Origin: Dictyostelium discoideum
Taxonomy: Eukaryota
Length of the DNA stretch: 64,000 nt
Reading direction: 5' to 3'
NCBI GenBank assembly: GCA_000004695.1
Contig: CM000150.2
Span: 3,936,001 to 4,000,000 of the forward strand
Shown piece by piece: positions 1 to 13,546 of this stretch; position 1 is the stretch's first letter, and each line of letters starts with the position of its first letter. The notes below the pieces were generated by a model, which worked only from the letters and a program-made list of their open reading frames with translations, was not told the DNA's origin and did no database searches. Both the position numbers and the translations under genes were made by a program.

Positions 1-245
1 ATAATAATTTGTTTTGGATTATTTCTAAGAATCCATTGAATCATTTCTTGTTCTAATTTTGAATCTACTTTTTTCTTTCTACCTTGTTTTTTTGCCCTCT
101 CCTTTATTGATACACTATCCATTGGTTTTTTAATCCATCTCCTTATTGTTGTTTCATTTATTCCATATTTCTTTGCCACATGAGAAATTGGTGAACCTTC
201 TTTAACCTCTTGTAATATTTGTTGTGAAAATCCTGATTTAGTCAT
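1..245 (-). mobile_element. 5' part of a Tc1/mariner-pogo-like transposase ORF, truncated by the window edge. ATG at 245..243 on the minus strand; the ORF runs off the window start.
   Basis: Reverse-strand translation reads MTKSGFSQQILQEVKEGSPISHVAKKYGINETTIRRWIKKPMDSVSIKERAKKQGRKKKVDSKLEQEMIQWILRNNPKQII... This is an HTH (psq/CENP-B-type) DNA-binding N-terminus typical of pogo/Tc1 transposases. An AT-rich (TA)n/(TATA) tract at 246-360 could be terminal-repeat sequence. The family call is by analogy to Dictyostelium DDT/Tdd-type DNA transposons. Confidence 0.4.
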
Positions 246-467
246 TATCATATATTATTGAATAATAAAACATATATAGGTGTATATATGTATATATATT
301 TATATTTATATATATAAATATATGTATATAAATTATATATATATTATATTTGAAAATTAAAATTATTTTTTTTTTTTTTTTTTTTTTGTTAAACTTTGCA
401 CCTCTTTTGTGTAGAGGTTTTTTTTTTTTTTAATAAAAAATTTTTTTTGAAAATTTTATTAAAACTC

Positions 468-526
<59 letters not shown>

Positions 527-1031
527 TTTTTTTATTTTTGTTATTTTGATTGTTAATAGTTGTATTGTTTTTTGTTTTTTTTTCTTTTATTTTTGTTATT
601 TTCCTCAAATTTAAAAAAGAAAGAAAAAATAAAATCAAAGATCATTTAAATTTTACAATTGTGGATAACTTCAAAAAAAAAAAAAAAATAAAAAATAAAA
701 AAAAAAAAAAAAAGAAAAATAAATGGTTAAATAAATCCAAATTAGGTTTTGTTCAAAAAAATCCCTATCGTATTTTCACTATTATTTACAATATGGATAT
801 TTATTGTAGTTTTTTTTTTATATTTTTTTTTTTTTTTTTTTTTTAATTTATAATTTTTATTTATTTTTTTTTTGTTTTTTTATTTTTTTTTTTTATTATT
901 TTTGTTTTTTTTTTTTTAATTGGTGTTTAAGGAATTTCATTGATTTTCATACCATAGTAAATTTTTTTTTTTTTTTTTAATATTTTTTTATTTTTTTTTT
1001 TATTTTTTTTTTTTTTTCGAAATTTTTTTTT

Positions 1032-1063
<32 letters not shown>

Positions 1064-1102
1064 GATTTTCATATTCCAACACAACCTATACTTCATCACA
1101 TA

Positions 1103-1960
<858 letters not shown>

Positions 1961-2800
1961 ACTTAATCACATAATAATAATAATAATAACTAAAAAATAC
2001 TATATAAAAAAAAAAAAAAAAAAAATAAACAATTAAAAAAAAAAAAAAAAAAACTTTAATTTATCTCTTTTGGATATGAAAAAAAAAAAAAAAAAAAAAT
2101 AGATTTTTTAAATGTTTTATCGGTTATAAACAAATTAAATTTTCAATTTTTTTATTTTCTAAACAAAAATTATAAAAATATAATATCTATATTAAAATTA
2201 AAATCACCCCTTTTCCAAAATAAAAAAAAATAAAAAAAATTAAATAAAGTCTGAATTTAATTTAATTTAGAGATTTAAAACCATTCCATTTAAAATCTTT
2301 CATTTTTAAAAGGGTTTAGTTTGTTTTGTTTTTTTTTTTTTTTTTGTTGTTTTTTTTATTTCTTTATTTTATAATAAATAAATAATAATAATAATACCAA
2401 CCAATTAAAGTAATAAATAAAAAAAAAAAAAAAAAAAATTAAAATAGGTTGTTGTTTTTTTTTGTAAAAGAAAAAGTGGATTCGAAACGAAAAGAAACTT
2501 CTTTTTAAGCCTGGTGAGTTTTAATTTTTATTTTTCTTATTTTTTTTTATTTTTTTTATTTTTTTTTTCACTTTTTTTCACACAACACTCGCACTACTAC
2601 GGTATTAAAAATTTGATCACTGATTTTTTTTACTTTCACAATTTTTATTTTAATATTTATTTTTTTTTACCATATTTTGTGAAATTACTAAGAAAAAAAA
2701 AAAAAAGATTGGCATTTAAAATTTTAATAATACTATAATTATTATAGTTATTATTATAATTTATTTTATTTTTATTTTTAATTTAATTTAATTTATTTTA

Positions 2801-2863
<63 letters not shown>

Positions 2864-2865
<2 letters not shown>

Positions 2866-4930
2866 GGAATCAAATGAAATATCAAAAAATCATGTAACAC
2901 CAATGCCATGGAAAAAATTAATTGGTGCATATGTTTTATTATTATGTGAAGCCATTTCAACATCATCATTTTTTACATATATATCACCATTTATAATTTT
3001 CCTGGGAGTTACAGATAAAGCAGAATTGGTGGGATATTATGCAGGATTTATAGCAAGTAGTTTTTCAGCAGCCCAATTTTTATCATCATTTTTTTGGGGT
3101 AAAATGGCAGATAGACTTGGACGTAAACCAATTTTAATATTTGGTAGTGTTGGATCTGTAATATCATTACTTTGTATTGGTACTAGTAAATCATTGGTAA
3201 TGTTAATTTTATCACGTTCAATCAATGGTTTATTAAATGGAAATATTGGTGTAGTAAAAACTTACATTGGTGAGTGCACAGATAAAACCAATCAAGTTGA
3301 AGCATTTGGTTGGGTTGGTTTAACATGGGGTTTAGGTTCAATTTTAGGTCCATCAATTGGTGGTTTATTAGCTGATCCTGTGAAAAATATGTCTTCAATT
3401 TTCAAAGGTTCAAAATTATTTGAATTATTTCCATTCTTTTTACCAAATTTAGTTATTGCATTTTTGACTATCATTGGTTGTGTTTTCACTCAACTTTACA
3501 TGAAAGAAACTTTAGGTATGAAAAAATCAAAAACTATGATTGGATTAACAAGTTTGAAAACTTCACCATCAATGGTTAAATTCTCTGATAAAATTGAAAC
3601 TATTGAACCAATTAATCTTTCAACTGGTGGATTTGAAGAAGATGATGATTATAATAATGATGAAAATCATAATATTAAATCAATTTTAAGAAATGGTTCA
3701 AGTGAAATTAATATTTCAAATTCATCTGAATACTCAATTGAAAATATTGATACAGGTTCAATATTAACAGTTGGTACAGTTGTATTAGATGAGGATGAAA
3801 CTGAACAAATGAAAAAAAATATATTAAATTCAATTCAAAAACAAGAACAAATTACAATTGACTCAACAACACCATCAACAACACCATCAACAACACCATC
3901 ATCACCACCGCCATCATCATCATCAAGTCTTAAACCTTCCTTATCAGTTTTTGAAGATATGGCATTAACTGATAATAATACACATTTCTTAAAAAGATCA
4001 TATTCAAAATTAAAATTAAAATTTTTCAAATCAAAAGATTATAAAATGTTGAATACAAAAAGTAATGATAATACAAATTCTCCAATTGAAGAAGGAGGTG
4101 CAAGAGGAGGTGAGGAAGGGTTGGAAGAATCTAAAAATATATTTAAAGATAAATCAATCATGAAAACTGTATTAATTTATGCGACAGTTGGATTTATTTA
4201 CACAATGCTTGATGAAGTATTTCCATTATGGGCATTCGCACAAGTTTCAAGTGGTGGTTTATCAATGACAAGTGGTACAGTTGGTGTTTGTGGTATTATT
4301 GGTGGTGCAAGTATAATTTTTATTCAATTATTTCTTATAAAACCAGTAACAAGAAAACTTGGTTTAATTCAAACTTTTATTTATGGTTGTTCAATTGCTT
4401 TTTGCTCTTTTCTATCTTATCCACTTTTAAATTTCATACGAGCGCCTCATGAATCAATTTCAAGTGTAACACAAGATATAATATTTTGGGTTTCAGTTAC
4501 AATTGTAATTTCAATTAGAAATATTGGTGCTCAATTAATTTTTACACCAATTATGGCTTTAATTAATAATAGTGCTAAAATTGCTGTTAGAGGTAGTGCA
4601 AATGGGTAAATATTTTTTTTTTTTAATATATATAAATTAATTTTATATTAATTATTTTATTTTTATTTTTTTAGTTTGGGTCAATCATTGGTTGCAGCCA
4701 CTAGAACAGTTGCACCAACTTTAGGTGGAACTATTTTATCATGGAGTTTAACAAATGGACTTCCATTTCCTTTAAATTTTTTCTTTCCTTTTATTTTAAT
4801 GAGTATTTGCACAATAATTCCAATTATTACTTCAAAGTTCTTTTTCCCACTTTCTTTAAATTCTCCAATTAATGAAGATGATAATAATAATGATGATTTA
4901 GAGGAAAATCAAATACCAACATTCGAATAA
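2864..4930 (+). CDS. Major facilitator superfamily (MFS) transporter, about 665 aa. Exons 2864..4605 and 4675..4930.
   Basis: MFS motif A is GKMADRLGRKPILIFG. There are about 12 predicted hydrophobic helices split by a large hydrophilic central loop. The first ORF ends AAT GG|gtaaatat (phase 2). Acceptor ttttttag at 4674 continues in frame (G)LGQSLVAATRTVAPTLGGTILSW..., which is the same protein as track ORF 4676..4930. Confidence 0.7.
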
Positions 4931-4973
4931 TTAATAATAATAATAAAAAAAAAAAAAAAAAAAAAAAAAAAAG

Positions 4974-5012
<39 letters not shown>

Positions 5013-5487
5013 ATTAATCGCAAATTGATAGTTTTTTAAATATTGGATTTTTTTAATATCTTTAAATAATTAAAGTCAATGAAAATTTCCTTTACCAATA
5101 TTATTAATTTATAAAAATAAAATTAAAATTTTTTTTTTTTTTTTTTTTATTCATAAAAATAAAATAAAAATAAAATAAAATCCTTAAAAAGTTATTGTTT
5201 ATTAATAAGTTGTAATAATAAACAATATTTAATAATCATTTTCAAATTATTTTAAAATAATCCTTAATTGACTACTCATTTTTTAAAAAATATCTTCTTT
5301 TACTATATATATATATATATAAAAATATAAAACAAAAACAAACACAAAAAAAAAAATAATTTAATTAAACAAATTATTTTAATTCTCAAAATATTATCCA
5401 GAATTAAATAATAAAAATTATCTCAAATATTTCAAACATCAGGAATTTGGGAAATTGTTTTGAATTATTTTTTTTTTTTCTTTTTTT

Positions 5488-5532
<45 letters not shown>

Positions 5533-5616
5533 TTTTCACCTTTCTGCTTTTCAAACCAAAAAAAAAAAAAAAAAAAAACAATCATTTTTATAGAAACCTA
5601 ATATATCTAAAATACA

Positions 5617-8019
5617 ATGGTTTGGATCAATATAAATAATATATACATATGTTTATTCATTATTAATTAGTTTTTTTTTATTTTTATTTTTTATTTTTTA
5701 TTTTTTATTTTTTTTTATTTTTAGTCAGCATTTGAAGATTTAGGTGTTTTACCAGAAATAATTAAAGCAATTGAAGAATTAGATTGGTTATTACCAACAC
5801 CAATTCAAACAGAAGCAATACCATTAATTTTAGGTGGTGGTGATGTATTAGCAGCAGCAGAGACAGGATCAGGTAAAACTGGTGCATTTGCATTACCAAT
5901 TTTACAAATTACATATGAAACTTTAAATAAAAAAGCAGAGATTCCAATAATTGCACCAACCAATACATCAGGAGAAGATGGCACTAGTGGTGGTGGTGGT
6001 GGTGGTGGTGGTGGAGATACAATTGAATTGGATCAAATTGATAGAGATAAGAATATGGCAGTTGACGGATTAATTTGTCAATCTCGTTCATCGGATTGGT
6101 GTGGTATTAAAGCAACTAAAGGTATAAGCAGTGGTAAATTTTATTATGAATCCATTGTTAGAGATGAAGGATTATGTAGAATTGGATTCGCTTTAAAAAA
6201 ATCATCAAGAAATATTGGTACTGATAAATTCAGTTGGGGATATGGTGGTACTGGTAAGAAATCACATGAATCTAAATTTATAGATTATGGTAAACCTTTT
6301 GGAAATAATGATGTAATCGGTTGTTATATTAATTTTGATGAAGAAATAATTGGTTTCACAAAGAATGGTCAAGATTTTGGTGAAGCTTTCACTTTCAACT
6401 CTAAAGCTGGTATATTCTATCCTGCTTTAGTTTTAAAAAATGCTGAAATGGAATTTAATTTTGGTTCAAAACCAATGAAACATGATTTAAAAGGTTATAA
6501 ACCAATTAATCAAGCTGAATTATTAATTGATCAACAGACTAGTACTCAAATAGATAATTCAAAGAATAATAATAATAATAATAATAAAAAAGGTAGTGGA
6601 AATAATAAAAAAAATAAAGGAAAAGATGATGATAAAATGAATGATGAAGATAATAATAATAAACAACCACGTAAAACATTATCATTAATTATTGAACCAA
6701 CTAGAGAATTAGCAGATCAAGCTTATAGTGCAATTTTAAATTTTTCAAAATATTTAGATTCACCAAAGATTCAAGTTTCATTATGTATTGGTGGTGAGAA
6801 ATCAAATGGTGGTAGAAATAAGATTGAAGGTGATATTATAATTGGTACACCAGGTAGATTGGAATCATTGGTTAAAGAAGGTTCAATTGATTTATCATCT
6901 ATTAAATTCTTTGTTTTGGATGAAGCCGATCAATTGATTGATGATAATTTAGCAATTGTAAATTTCATTTATAATAAATTACCAATTGGTCAAAATTTAC
7001 AAGTACTCTTTTTTAGTGCAACCTTACATTCAACAAAGGTTATTAAATTTTGTGAACAAATTACAAAGAATCCAACATGGGTAGATTTAAAAGGTAGAGA
7101 TTTCATACCAGATCTTATCACTCATGCCTATGTAAAAGCTGATCCAATCAAATTTGAATCACTTTGGAGAAATAGTGAAAATCCTTTACGTATTCGTACT
7201 GATGGTGTTCATGCTTCAGATGTTCAACAATTTGGAAAGTTAAAAGAACCAGAACAAAAATCAGAGGCTATTAAATTATTAAAAGCTCAATTACTCTTAA
7301 AATGTATTCAATCATTTAAAATGGATCAAGCTATCATTTTTGCACGTACACGTTTAGATTGTGATCATATTCATCAGTTTTTGAAAGACGCTGGCGGTGG
7401 CAATACCTCTGGATTGGAGGGTGAATTCTCTTCGACCGTTTTACATGGTGGTGATAATATTTCACGTGCTAGAAAAGATAATTTAGAGAAATTTAGAAAT
7501 GGTGATGTTCGTTTCTTAATTTGTACAGATGTTGCCGCTAGGGGTATTGATATTAGAGGTTTACCATATATGATCAATTATACATTACCAGAATCATTCG
7601 AAGATTATATTCATAGAGTTGGTCGTGTTGGTAGATCCGATAGAATTGGTTTGGCAATTTCTTTAGTGGCTTATGAACAAGAGAAAGTTTGGTATCATAC
7701 TTGTCGTGATAAGGGTAAAGGTTGTCATAATACAAAATTAACAGAGAATGGTGGTTGTTGTATTTGGTATGATGAACCTCAACTTTTCACTGCTATTCAA
7801 GAAAATATTGGTCCAATTGAATTAGATTCAGATTTTCAATTACCAAAAGATATGAAACAATTAAATTTCGGTGGTTCAACTAAATTAACTGGTGCTTCTG
7901 CTGATTATAAACCTCATACTGAGGAATTACGTTCAAGAGTTTTACAATTATCTCAATTAGAAGAAACTATTCAAATTGATTATTTAACTTTACCAAAAAG
8001 AATAATAAAATTAAAATAA
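5617..8019 (+). CDS. ddx1: ATP-dependent RNA helicase DDX1 (DEAD box plus SPRY insertion). Exon 1 is only ATG (5617..5619); exon 2 is 5725..8019.
   Basis: ATG|gtttgg donor at 5620, intron to ...tttttatttttag at 5724. The next exon starts SAFEDLGVLPEIIKAIEELDWLLPTPIQTEAIPLILGGGDVLAAAETGSGKTGAFALPILQI... in frame with the 6028..8019 ORF. Motifs present: AETGSGKT, SPRY-like region (CQSRSSDWCGIKATKG...), PTRELA, DEAD as VLDEAD, SAT, HRVGRVGR. Recalled from memory, the protein appears collinear with metazoan DDX1. Confidence 0.8.
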
Positions 8020-8028
8020 AATATATTT

Positions 8029-8077
<49 letters not shown>

Positions 8078-8437
8078 ACAGTACACTATAATTTTTCCAA
8101 AATAGATACAGATAATTGAATTGATCACACTGAAAATAAATAAATCATAAAAAATAATAAAAATAGTGGAAAAAAAAATGTTTTTGAAAATTAAAAAATT
8201 GATTTGATCTAATCAATTCTTTTTTTGGAAATAAATAATTAATTAAATAAATAAAAAAGTGAAAATAAAAAAATAACAAAAAATTAAAAAAAAAAAAAAA
8301 ATGCATTGGGGACAAAGAAAAACAAAAATAAATTTTTTCTTTTTTTTTTTTTTAATTTTTTTTTTTTTTTTTTTTTTTTTTTCAAACCACAACCACACAA
8401 CCACTCACACAAAAAATAAATAAATAAATAATCAAAT

Positions 8438-8996
8438 ATGGATTTTTTTATATTATATTGGATTTTAGTACTGGTAATTACAGCAGGATTAGTATCAGCA
8501 TCAGTATTTTGTATTGTTGCGTTAACAGATTTAGAAGCAGATTTAGTTAATCCAATCGATCTTGCAAGAAGATTAAATCCATTATTCAGTACCGATGTTT
8601 CTTTTCATTCTGCATTATGTTTATTATTCCTTGTAAATTTCGAAATTACTTTACTTTTATTAAATTCAGTACTTTTTGGTTTTCATATGTATTGGTAACT
8701 ATTTAAATTATATAAACATTATTAATTATTATAAAAATATATATCTATATATGTATATGTGTTTATTAACTTTTTTTATATTATAATCAATAATATTTAA
8801 TAGGTTATTTACAGGTCAAAATAAAATATTTGCAGCTGATATTTTCAAATTATTACCAGTTTATAAGAGAAGATATGCAATCAAAATTGCATTTTATATT
8901 GTCACATTCTTTTTATATTTATATTGGTTTATTTATTATTTAGTAAATACTCATGCCAGTCCAGCTTTAAAAACTATGAAAATACCTGTTTATTAG
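8438..8996 (+). CDS. Cornichon family protein (ER cargo receptor), about 149 aa. Exons 8438..8694 and 8804..8996.
   Basis: Exon 1 MDFFILYWILVLVITAGLVSASVFCIVALTDLEADLVNPIDLARRLNPLF...FHMYW ends TAT TG|gtaact (phase 2). Exon 2 after ...aatag gives (W)LFTGQNKIFAADIFKLLPVYKRRYAIKIAFYIVTFFLYLYWFIYYLVNTHASPALKTMKIPVY*. The conserved cornichon motif D-E-L-x-x-D-x-x-NPID and the C-terminal AFY...FF.YLY pattern are present. Confidence 0.6.
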
Positions 8997-9284
8997 ATAA
9001 ATTAAATAATAATAATAATAGTAATAATAATAAAAATAATAATCTCTCCCCCTCCAATTTGTATAAAATATAATAAATAAATAAATTAACTTATAATTGT
9101 ATAAATTTTTTTTTTTAGATATTTTTTTTTTTTTTTTTTATTATTATCTTTTTTTTTTTATTTTATTTTATTTTTTTTTTTATTACATTACTGGAAAATG
9201 TTTTTTTAAAAATGGATATTACAATTATCCATCTTTTTTTAAAATTTTAGCTAGTGAATTTTAATGATTAAATATACAATCATA

Positions 9285-9315
<31 letters not shown>

Positions 9316-9331
9316 GATTTAAATATGGTAT

Positions 9332-9372
<41 letters not shown>

Positions 9373-9380
9373 TATTATTT

Positions 9381-10280
9381 TTAGCCAAATAAAACTTTTG
9401 AAAAAGAGTTCCAACCCCAATTACCTTCTTGTTTTTGTTCTTGAGCACCAAAAGAAATGATTGAACCCCAACCCCATCTCTTTGAAGAGTTTGAATTGTT
9501 TGGATTGTATGGTTCTGGTAAATAATCAGGAGTTGATTCAACCTCTTCTTGACCATCAATGATTAAAGAAGCAGAGAGACCTACATTGTTACGAATTACC
9601 AATTTAATTTCATCCGAGGAGAGGGAAGTACGAACGGTGGCATGACATTGACTAAGATCGATCATAAATGAGATAACACCTTTGGTCTTTAATAAGCATT
9701 CTTCTAATTGTTTTTTAGTTGATTCATTATTCATACCTTTGACATGTAATAAAAGTGTTTTAATTAATGCTGGATCAATTGATTTACTACTACTAACTTG
9801 AGAGGCGGTATTATTCGATTTCACTGGTGTATCTTTAATTGGTAATTTCTCACCGATTAACATTGAAAATGATGTTGATGCTGATTTCTTTGGTGCTGTA
9901 CTATATGAAGTTGCAGTTGCAGTATTTGTTGTTGTTGTTGTATCAATTTTTGTAGTTTCATTAATTGTACCTTTATCACTTGAACCTTCAATATTTATTA
10001 AAACTTTATCTACAATTGATTTATATTGATCCTTTTGTTGTAACTTTTTTAAGGTTGATACTAAACCTGGTTCTTTAAGCATTGGTTGTTTATTATTTTG
10101 ATTATGTGATAATAATTCTAATGTCTCTAAACAAAGTAATACCATTTCAACATCTTCTTCATTTGACCCTAATAACATTACCAAAACTGCTAAACAACCT
10201 TGATCTTTAACTATATGTTCACGATTATCAACATCTTTTGCCAATTTATGGAGTGATTGTACCATTGAAAGTGCACTCAT
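9381..10280 (-). CDS. Armadillo-repeat protein with C-terminal HMA-like domain (ARMC1-like), 299 aa.
   Basis: Single ORF. N-terminus MSALSMVQSLHKLAKDVDNREHIVKDQGCLAVLVMLLGS... resembles the ARMC1 N-terminus (..NRRAIVQDQGCL..). C-terminal LLLHVKGMNNESTKKQLEECLLKTKGVISFMIDLSQCHATVR has the beta-alpha-beta-beta heavy-metal-associated-like fold signature. Ends WGW-rich. Confidence 0.5.
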   Translation of the reverse strand: MSALSMVQSLHKLAKDVDNREHIVKDQGCLAVLVMLLGSNEEDVEMVLLCLETLELLSHNQNNKQPMLKEPGLVSTLKKLQQKDQYKSIVDKVLINIEGSSDKGTINETTKIDTTTTTNTATATSYSTAPKKSASTSFSMLIGEKLPIKDTPVKSNNTASQVSSSKSIDPALIKTLLLHVKGMNNESTKKQLEECLLKTKGVISFMIDLSQCHATVRTSLSSDEIKLVIRNNVGLSASLIIDGQEEVESTPDYLPEPYNPNNSNSSKRWGWGSIISFGAQEQKQEGNWGWNSFSKVLFG

Positions 10281-10798
10281 TCTTTTTATTTTATTTTTAT
10301 TATTAATTTATATTTATTCTATTATTATCTATTATTTTATTATCTATTATTTATTATTTATTATTATTTATATTATTTTAAAATTTAAAATATTTAAATT
10401 TTTTTTTTTTTTTTTTTTTTCCCTAAAATTTATTCTATTTTTTTACTTTATTATAATTTAATTAATTTAATAATAACAAAAATAAAAGAATAAAATAAAA
10501 AAAACGATTGATTTTTATTATGTGTTACTATTATTTTATTTATAAAAAAAAATTAATAAAATTTTATTTCAAAAAAAAAAAAATAAAAAAAAAATGAAAA
10601 AAAAAAAAAAAAATATTTTTTTTTTTTATAAAAAAAAGGCGCAAAATGAAAAAAAAAAATAAAAATAAAATAAAAATAGAAAACATTTGAATAAAAAGAG
10701 ATAGTATTTTTTTTTTTTTTTTTTTTTCATTTTTTTTTTTTTTTTCAAATTTATATATAAAAATATTTTTATATATAAATATTTTTATATAAAATATT

Positions 10799-10800
<2 letters not shown>

Positions 10801-10860
<60 letters not shown>

Positions 10861-10880
10861 TATAATAATAATAATAATAA
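10801..10880. repeat. (AAT)n microsatellite downstream of the 4-TM gene.
   Basis: Seen directly. Confidence 0.9.
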
Positions 10881-10895
10881 ATAAATAAATTTTAT

Positions 10896-11750
10896 TTAAA
10901 TTTGATTTGCACCATCTTCTCCATTACCTTTTAAATGTAAGTTATTTTTATTTTCATGATGATGATTATTATTATTATTATTATTACTAATATTATTATT
11001 ATTATTATTATTTATATTTCTATAATTAAAAACTGATAAAATTGAAGCAAAGAATAAAAATATAGTTGCAATTAAAGAAGTTATCCAACCAACACCAGGA
11101 CCCCAATATTTATTTTCAGTTGAACCAATGAAACCACCATCAAATATTGATTGATAACATGTTGTCGATTGTTTACAATCTTTTTCATAAGCTTTGTTGA
11201 AACCTAAACAAATTAAAATCGATAAAAATGCAAAAAAGAAAGAAATTATTGGAATGAATCTAATTGACTTTTTCAAGATTTGGGAATCAATATGTTTTTG
11301 TTCCCTAGTTGCACCAATTATTTGAATCAATATCAATATCAACAATACATTAACCACAATGAATGATAAAATTGTAAATGAAATACACGCTTTAAATATT
11401 GATGCTTCATGACTTCCATATTTCGTATATGTTGCAATATATTCATTATCACTTCCAACTTCAATTCTAACTTCATTAAATCTCCATTGTACTTTAATAC
11501 CTTCATCTTCATATTTATACCAAAATGCTAAATAATAATAATTAATAATTAACAATTAATAATTAATAATTAATTTATATAAAAATAATAATAATAATTA
11601 AAATATCATACTTGTTCCTGAAAATGTTACAATTAATAAAATCCAAGATAAAACTAATAATGAAAAAAAAATAATATGTGTAATATTTAAATATTTAAAA
11701 TGATCTATGTATACATCTTTTTTATTTTTTTTTTCTTCTTTTTCCATTTT

Positions 11751-11753
<3 letters not shown>
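10896..11753 (-). CDS. Putative four-helix integral membrane protein of unknown function, about 257 aa. Exons 11753..11612 and 11527..10896.
   Basis: Exon 1 is MKMEKEEKKNKKDVYIDHFKYLNITHIIFFSLLVLSWILLIVTFSGT, ending ACA A|gtatgatatttt (phase 1). The 83-nt AT-rich intron ends ...tattatttag. Exon 2 (A)CA TTT TGG... gives TFWYKYEDEGIKVQWRFNEVRIEVGSDNEY..., with two more TM helices, a Cys-containing loop (CKQSTTCYQ), a C-terminal TM helix and an N-rich tail. Topology resembles the claudin/PMP22 or tetraspan superfamilies, but I cannot assign a family. Confidence 0.45.
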
Positions 11754-11787
<34 letters not shown>

Positions 11788-12224
11788 GTTTTCTTTTTTT
11801 TTTAATTATTTTTTTTTTTTTTAAAAAAAATAATAAATAAATAAAATAAAATAAATAAATAAATAAAAAATAGAGATAATTAAAAATAAAAATAAAAATT
11901 TTAAAAATAAAAATAAAAAATTAAAATTTAAAAAAATTAAATGTGTGTTTGTGTGACATTAATAATTAATTTTCTTTTTTGTTTTTTTTTTTTTTATTAT
12001 TATTTTCTTTTATTTTTTTTTTTTTTTTCTTGAAAGTGTTTGTGTTGGTGTGTATTTTTAACCAACCATAAATTATCCAAATTTTTTTTTTTTAAATTTT
12101 ACAAATAACAACATTGAATTGTAAAGTGATATAAAAAAAAAAAAAATATTTAAAAAAAAAAAATATTTAAAAAATTTTATTATTAAATAAAACTGATTTG
12201 CACCATTCTACATTGAATTATTTT

Positions 12225-12260
<36 letters not shown>

Positions 12261-12977
12261 ATTTGCTATTAATTGCTAACCCCCACACCTAGATGATACC
12301 ATCTTTTGAAAATCTGATTTATATTTGATTGCTTTTATTTATTACCTCTAATTTTGATTTTGATTATGAAGGTGGTGTAAAAAGGTATTTTTACAAAAAA
12401 AAAAATTAAAAAAAAATTAAAAAAAAATTTAATTATTAAAATAAATTAAAAAAAATAAAAAAAAAAAAGAGGAAAAAAAAACATATCTTAAAAATGGAAA
12501 GAGAAAAAATCCTCAATAGGGTTACCATTTTCTATTCTATTTATTTAAAAAAAAATTTTAACTGTATTGGAGCTTGTTTGTGAAATTATATTAACAATAA
12601 CTTAATTACTCAAAAAATCATAGTAATTTAATATTTTATTATAAATAATTTATATTAAAATTACTTTTTCAATTATTAAATAAACTCTTTTTGACTATTT
12701 TTTTATTTTTTTTTTTTATTTTTTATTTTTTTTTTTTTTTTTATTTTTATTTTTATATTGATTATTTTATTTTTTCAAAAAATAAATAAATGGAATAAAA
12801 TTTATTAAAAGTCTCTTCTCAAAATGGTAAGGAATATAAATTTATTTTATTTTTTAATTTATTTTATTTTTTTTTTTTTTTTTTTTTTTTTTTGGATTTA
12901 TAAAAATTTATTTTTTTAAATTAATTTGTTTTTTTTTTTTTTATTTTTTTGAAAGCCAAAAAAATCAAACCAAGATC

Positions 12978-13010
12978 GATTACATAACCAATTGGTTATG
13001 TTGTGTAATC
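12978..13010. repeat. Palindrome. An 18-bp perfect inverted repeat CATAACCAATTGGTTATG (12983..13000) sits inside a 33-bp imperfect palindrome GATTACA...TGTAATC.
   Basis: Seen directly. The reverse complement of CATAACCAATTGGTTATG is identical. The flanks GATTACA (12978-12984) and TGTAATC (13004-13010) are reverse complements with a 3-nt TTG insertion. It lies in the 1.9-kb divergent intergenic region between the 4-TM gene (minus) and the 14-3-3 gene (plus). Confidence 0.85.
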
Positions 13011-13405
13011 TATTGAAAAAATCCAATTTGACTTAAAAAAAAAAAATAAAAAATAAAAATAAAAAAATTGAAAATAATAAAAATAAAAATAAAAATAAAA
13101 AATTATTTTTATTTTTTATTACTTATTTATTTTCTAAAGACTATTAAAAAATATAAAATAAAAAAAAATACCAAATAAAAAAATAAAATAAAGACTATTA
13201 AAAAAAAAAAAAAAAAAAAAAAGGTAAATATTAAATGGTAAAAATAAAAATAAAAAAAAAAAAAAAAAAGAAAAAAATAAAAAATTTTATTATAAAATTT
13301 TTAATATCTTTTTTTTTTTTTTTTAATTTTTTTATTTTTTTTTATTTTTTTTCAATTTTTTTAATTTTGAAAAAAAAAAAAAAAATTTTGATTGTTTTTC
13401 TAATT

Positions 13406-13438
<33 letters not shown>

Positions 13439-13508
13439 TATCACACACACAATATTAGGTAGATATTTGTATTTTTTTTTTTTTTTACACACAATTATTT
13501 ACTTTTTC

Positions 13509-13546
<38 letters not shown>

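Noticed and set aside
396-1100. Track ORFs 396..614 and 550..846 encoding poly-Phe/poly-Lys peptides.
   Set aside because: They lie entirely within poly(T)/poly(A) low-complexity intergenic DNA and have no codon structure. They are artefacts of homopolymer runs. The same applies to ORFs at 2514..2738, 13235..13462, 18589..18823, 19100..19300, 36639..36830, 41220..41577, 48636..48960 and 53279..54063.
2470-2500. tggattcgaaac (B-box-like GGTTCGAA) suggesting a tRNA gene.
   Set aside because: No A-box, no acceptor-stem complementarity and no 72-nt cloverleaf could be drawn from the surrounding AT-rich sequence. No other tRNA-like segments were found in the window.
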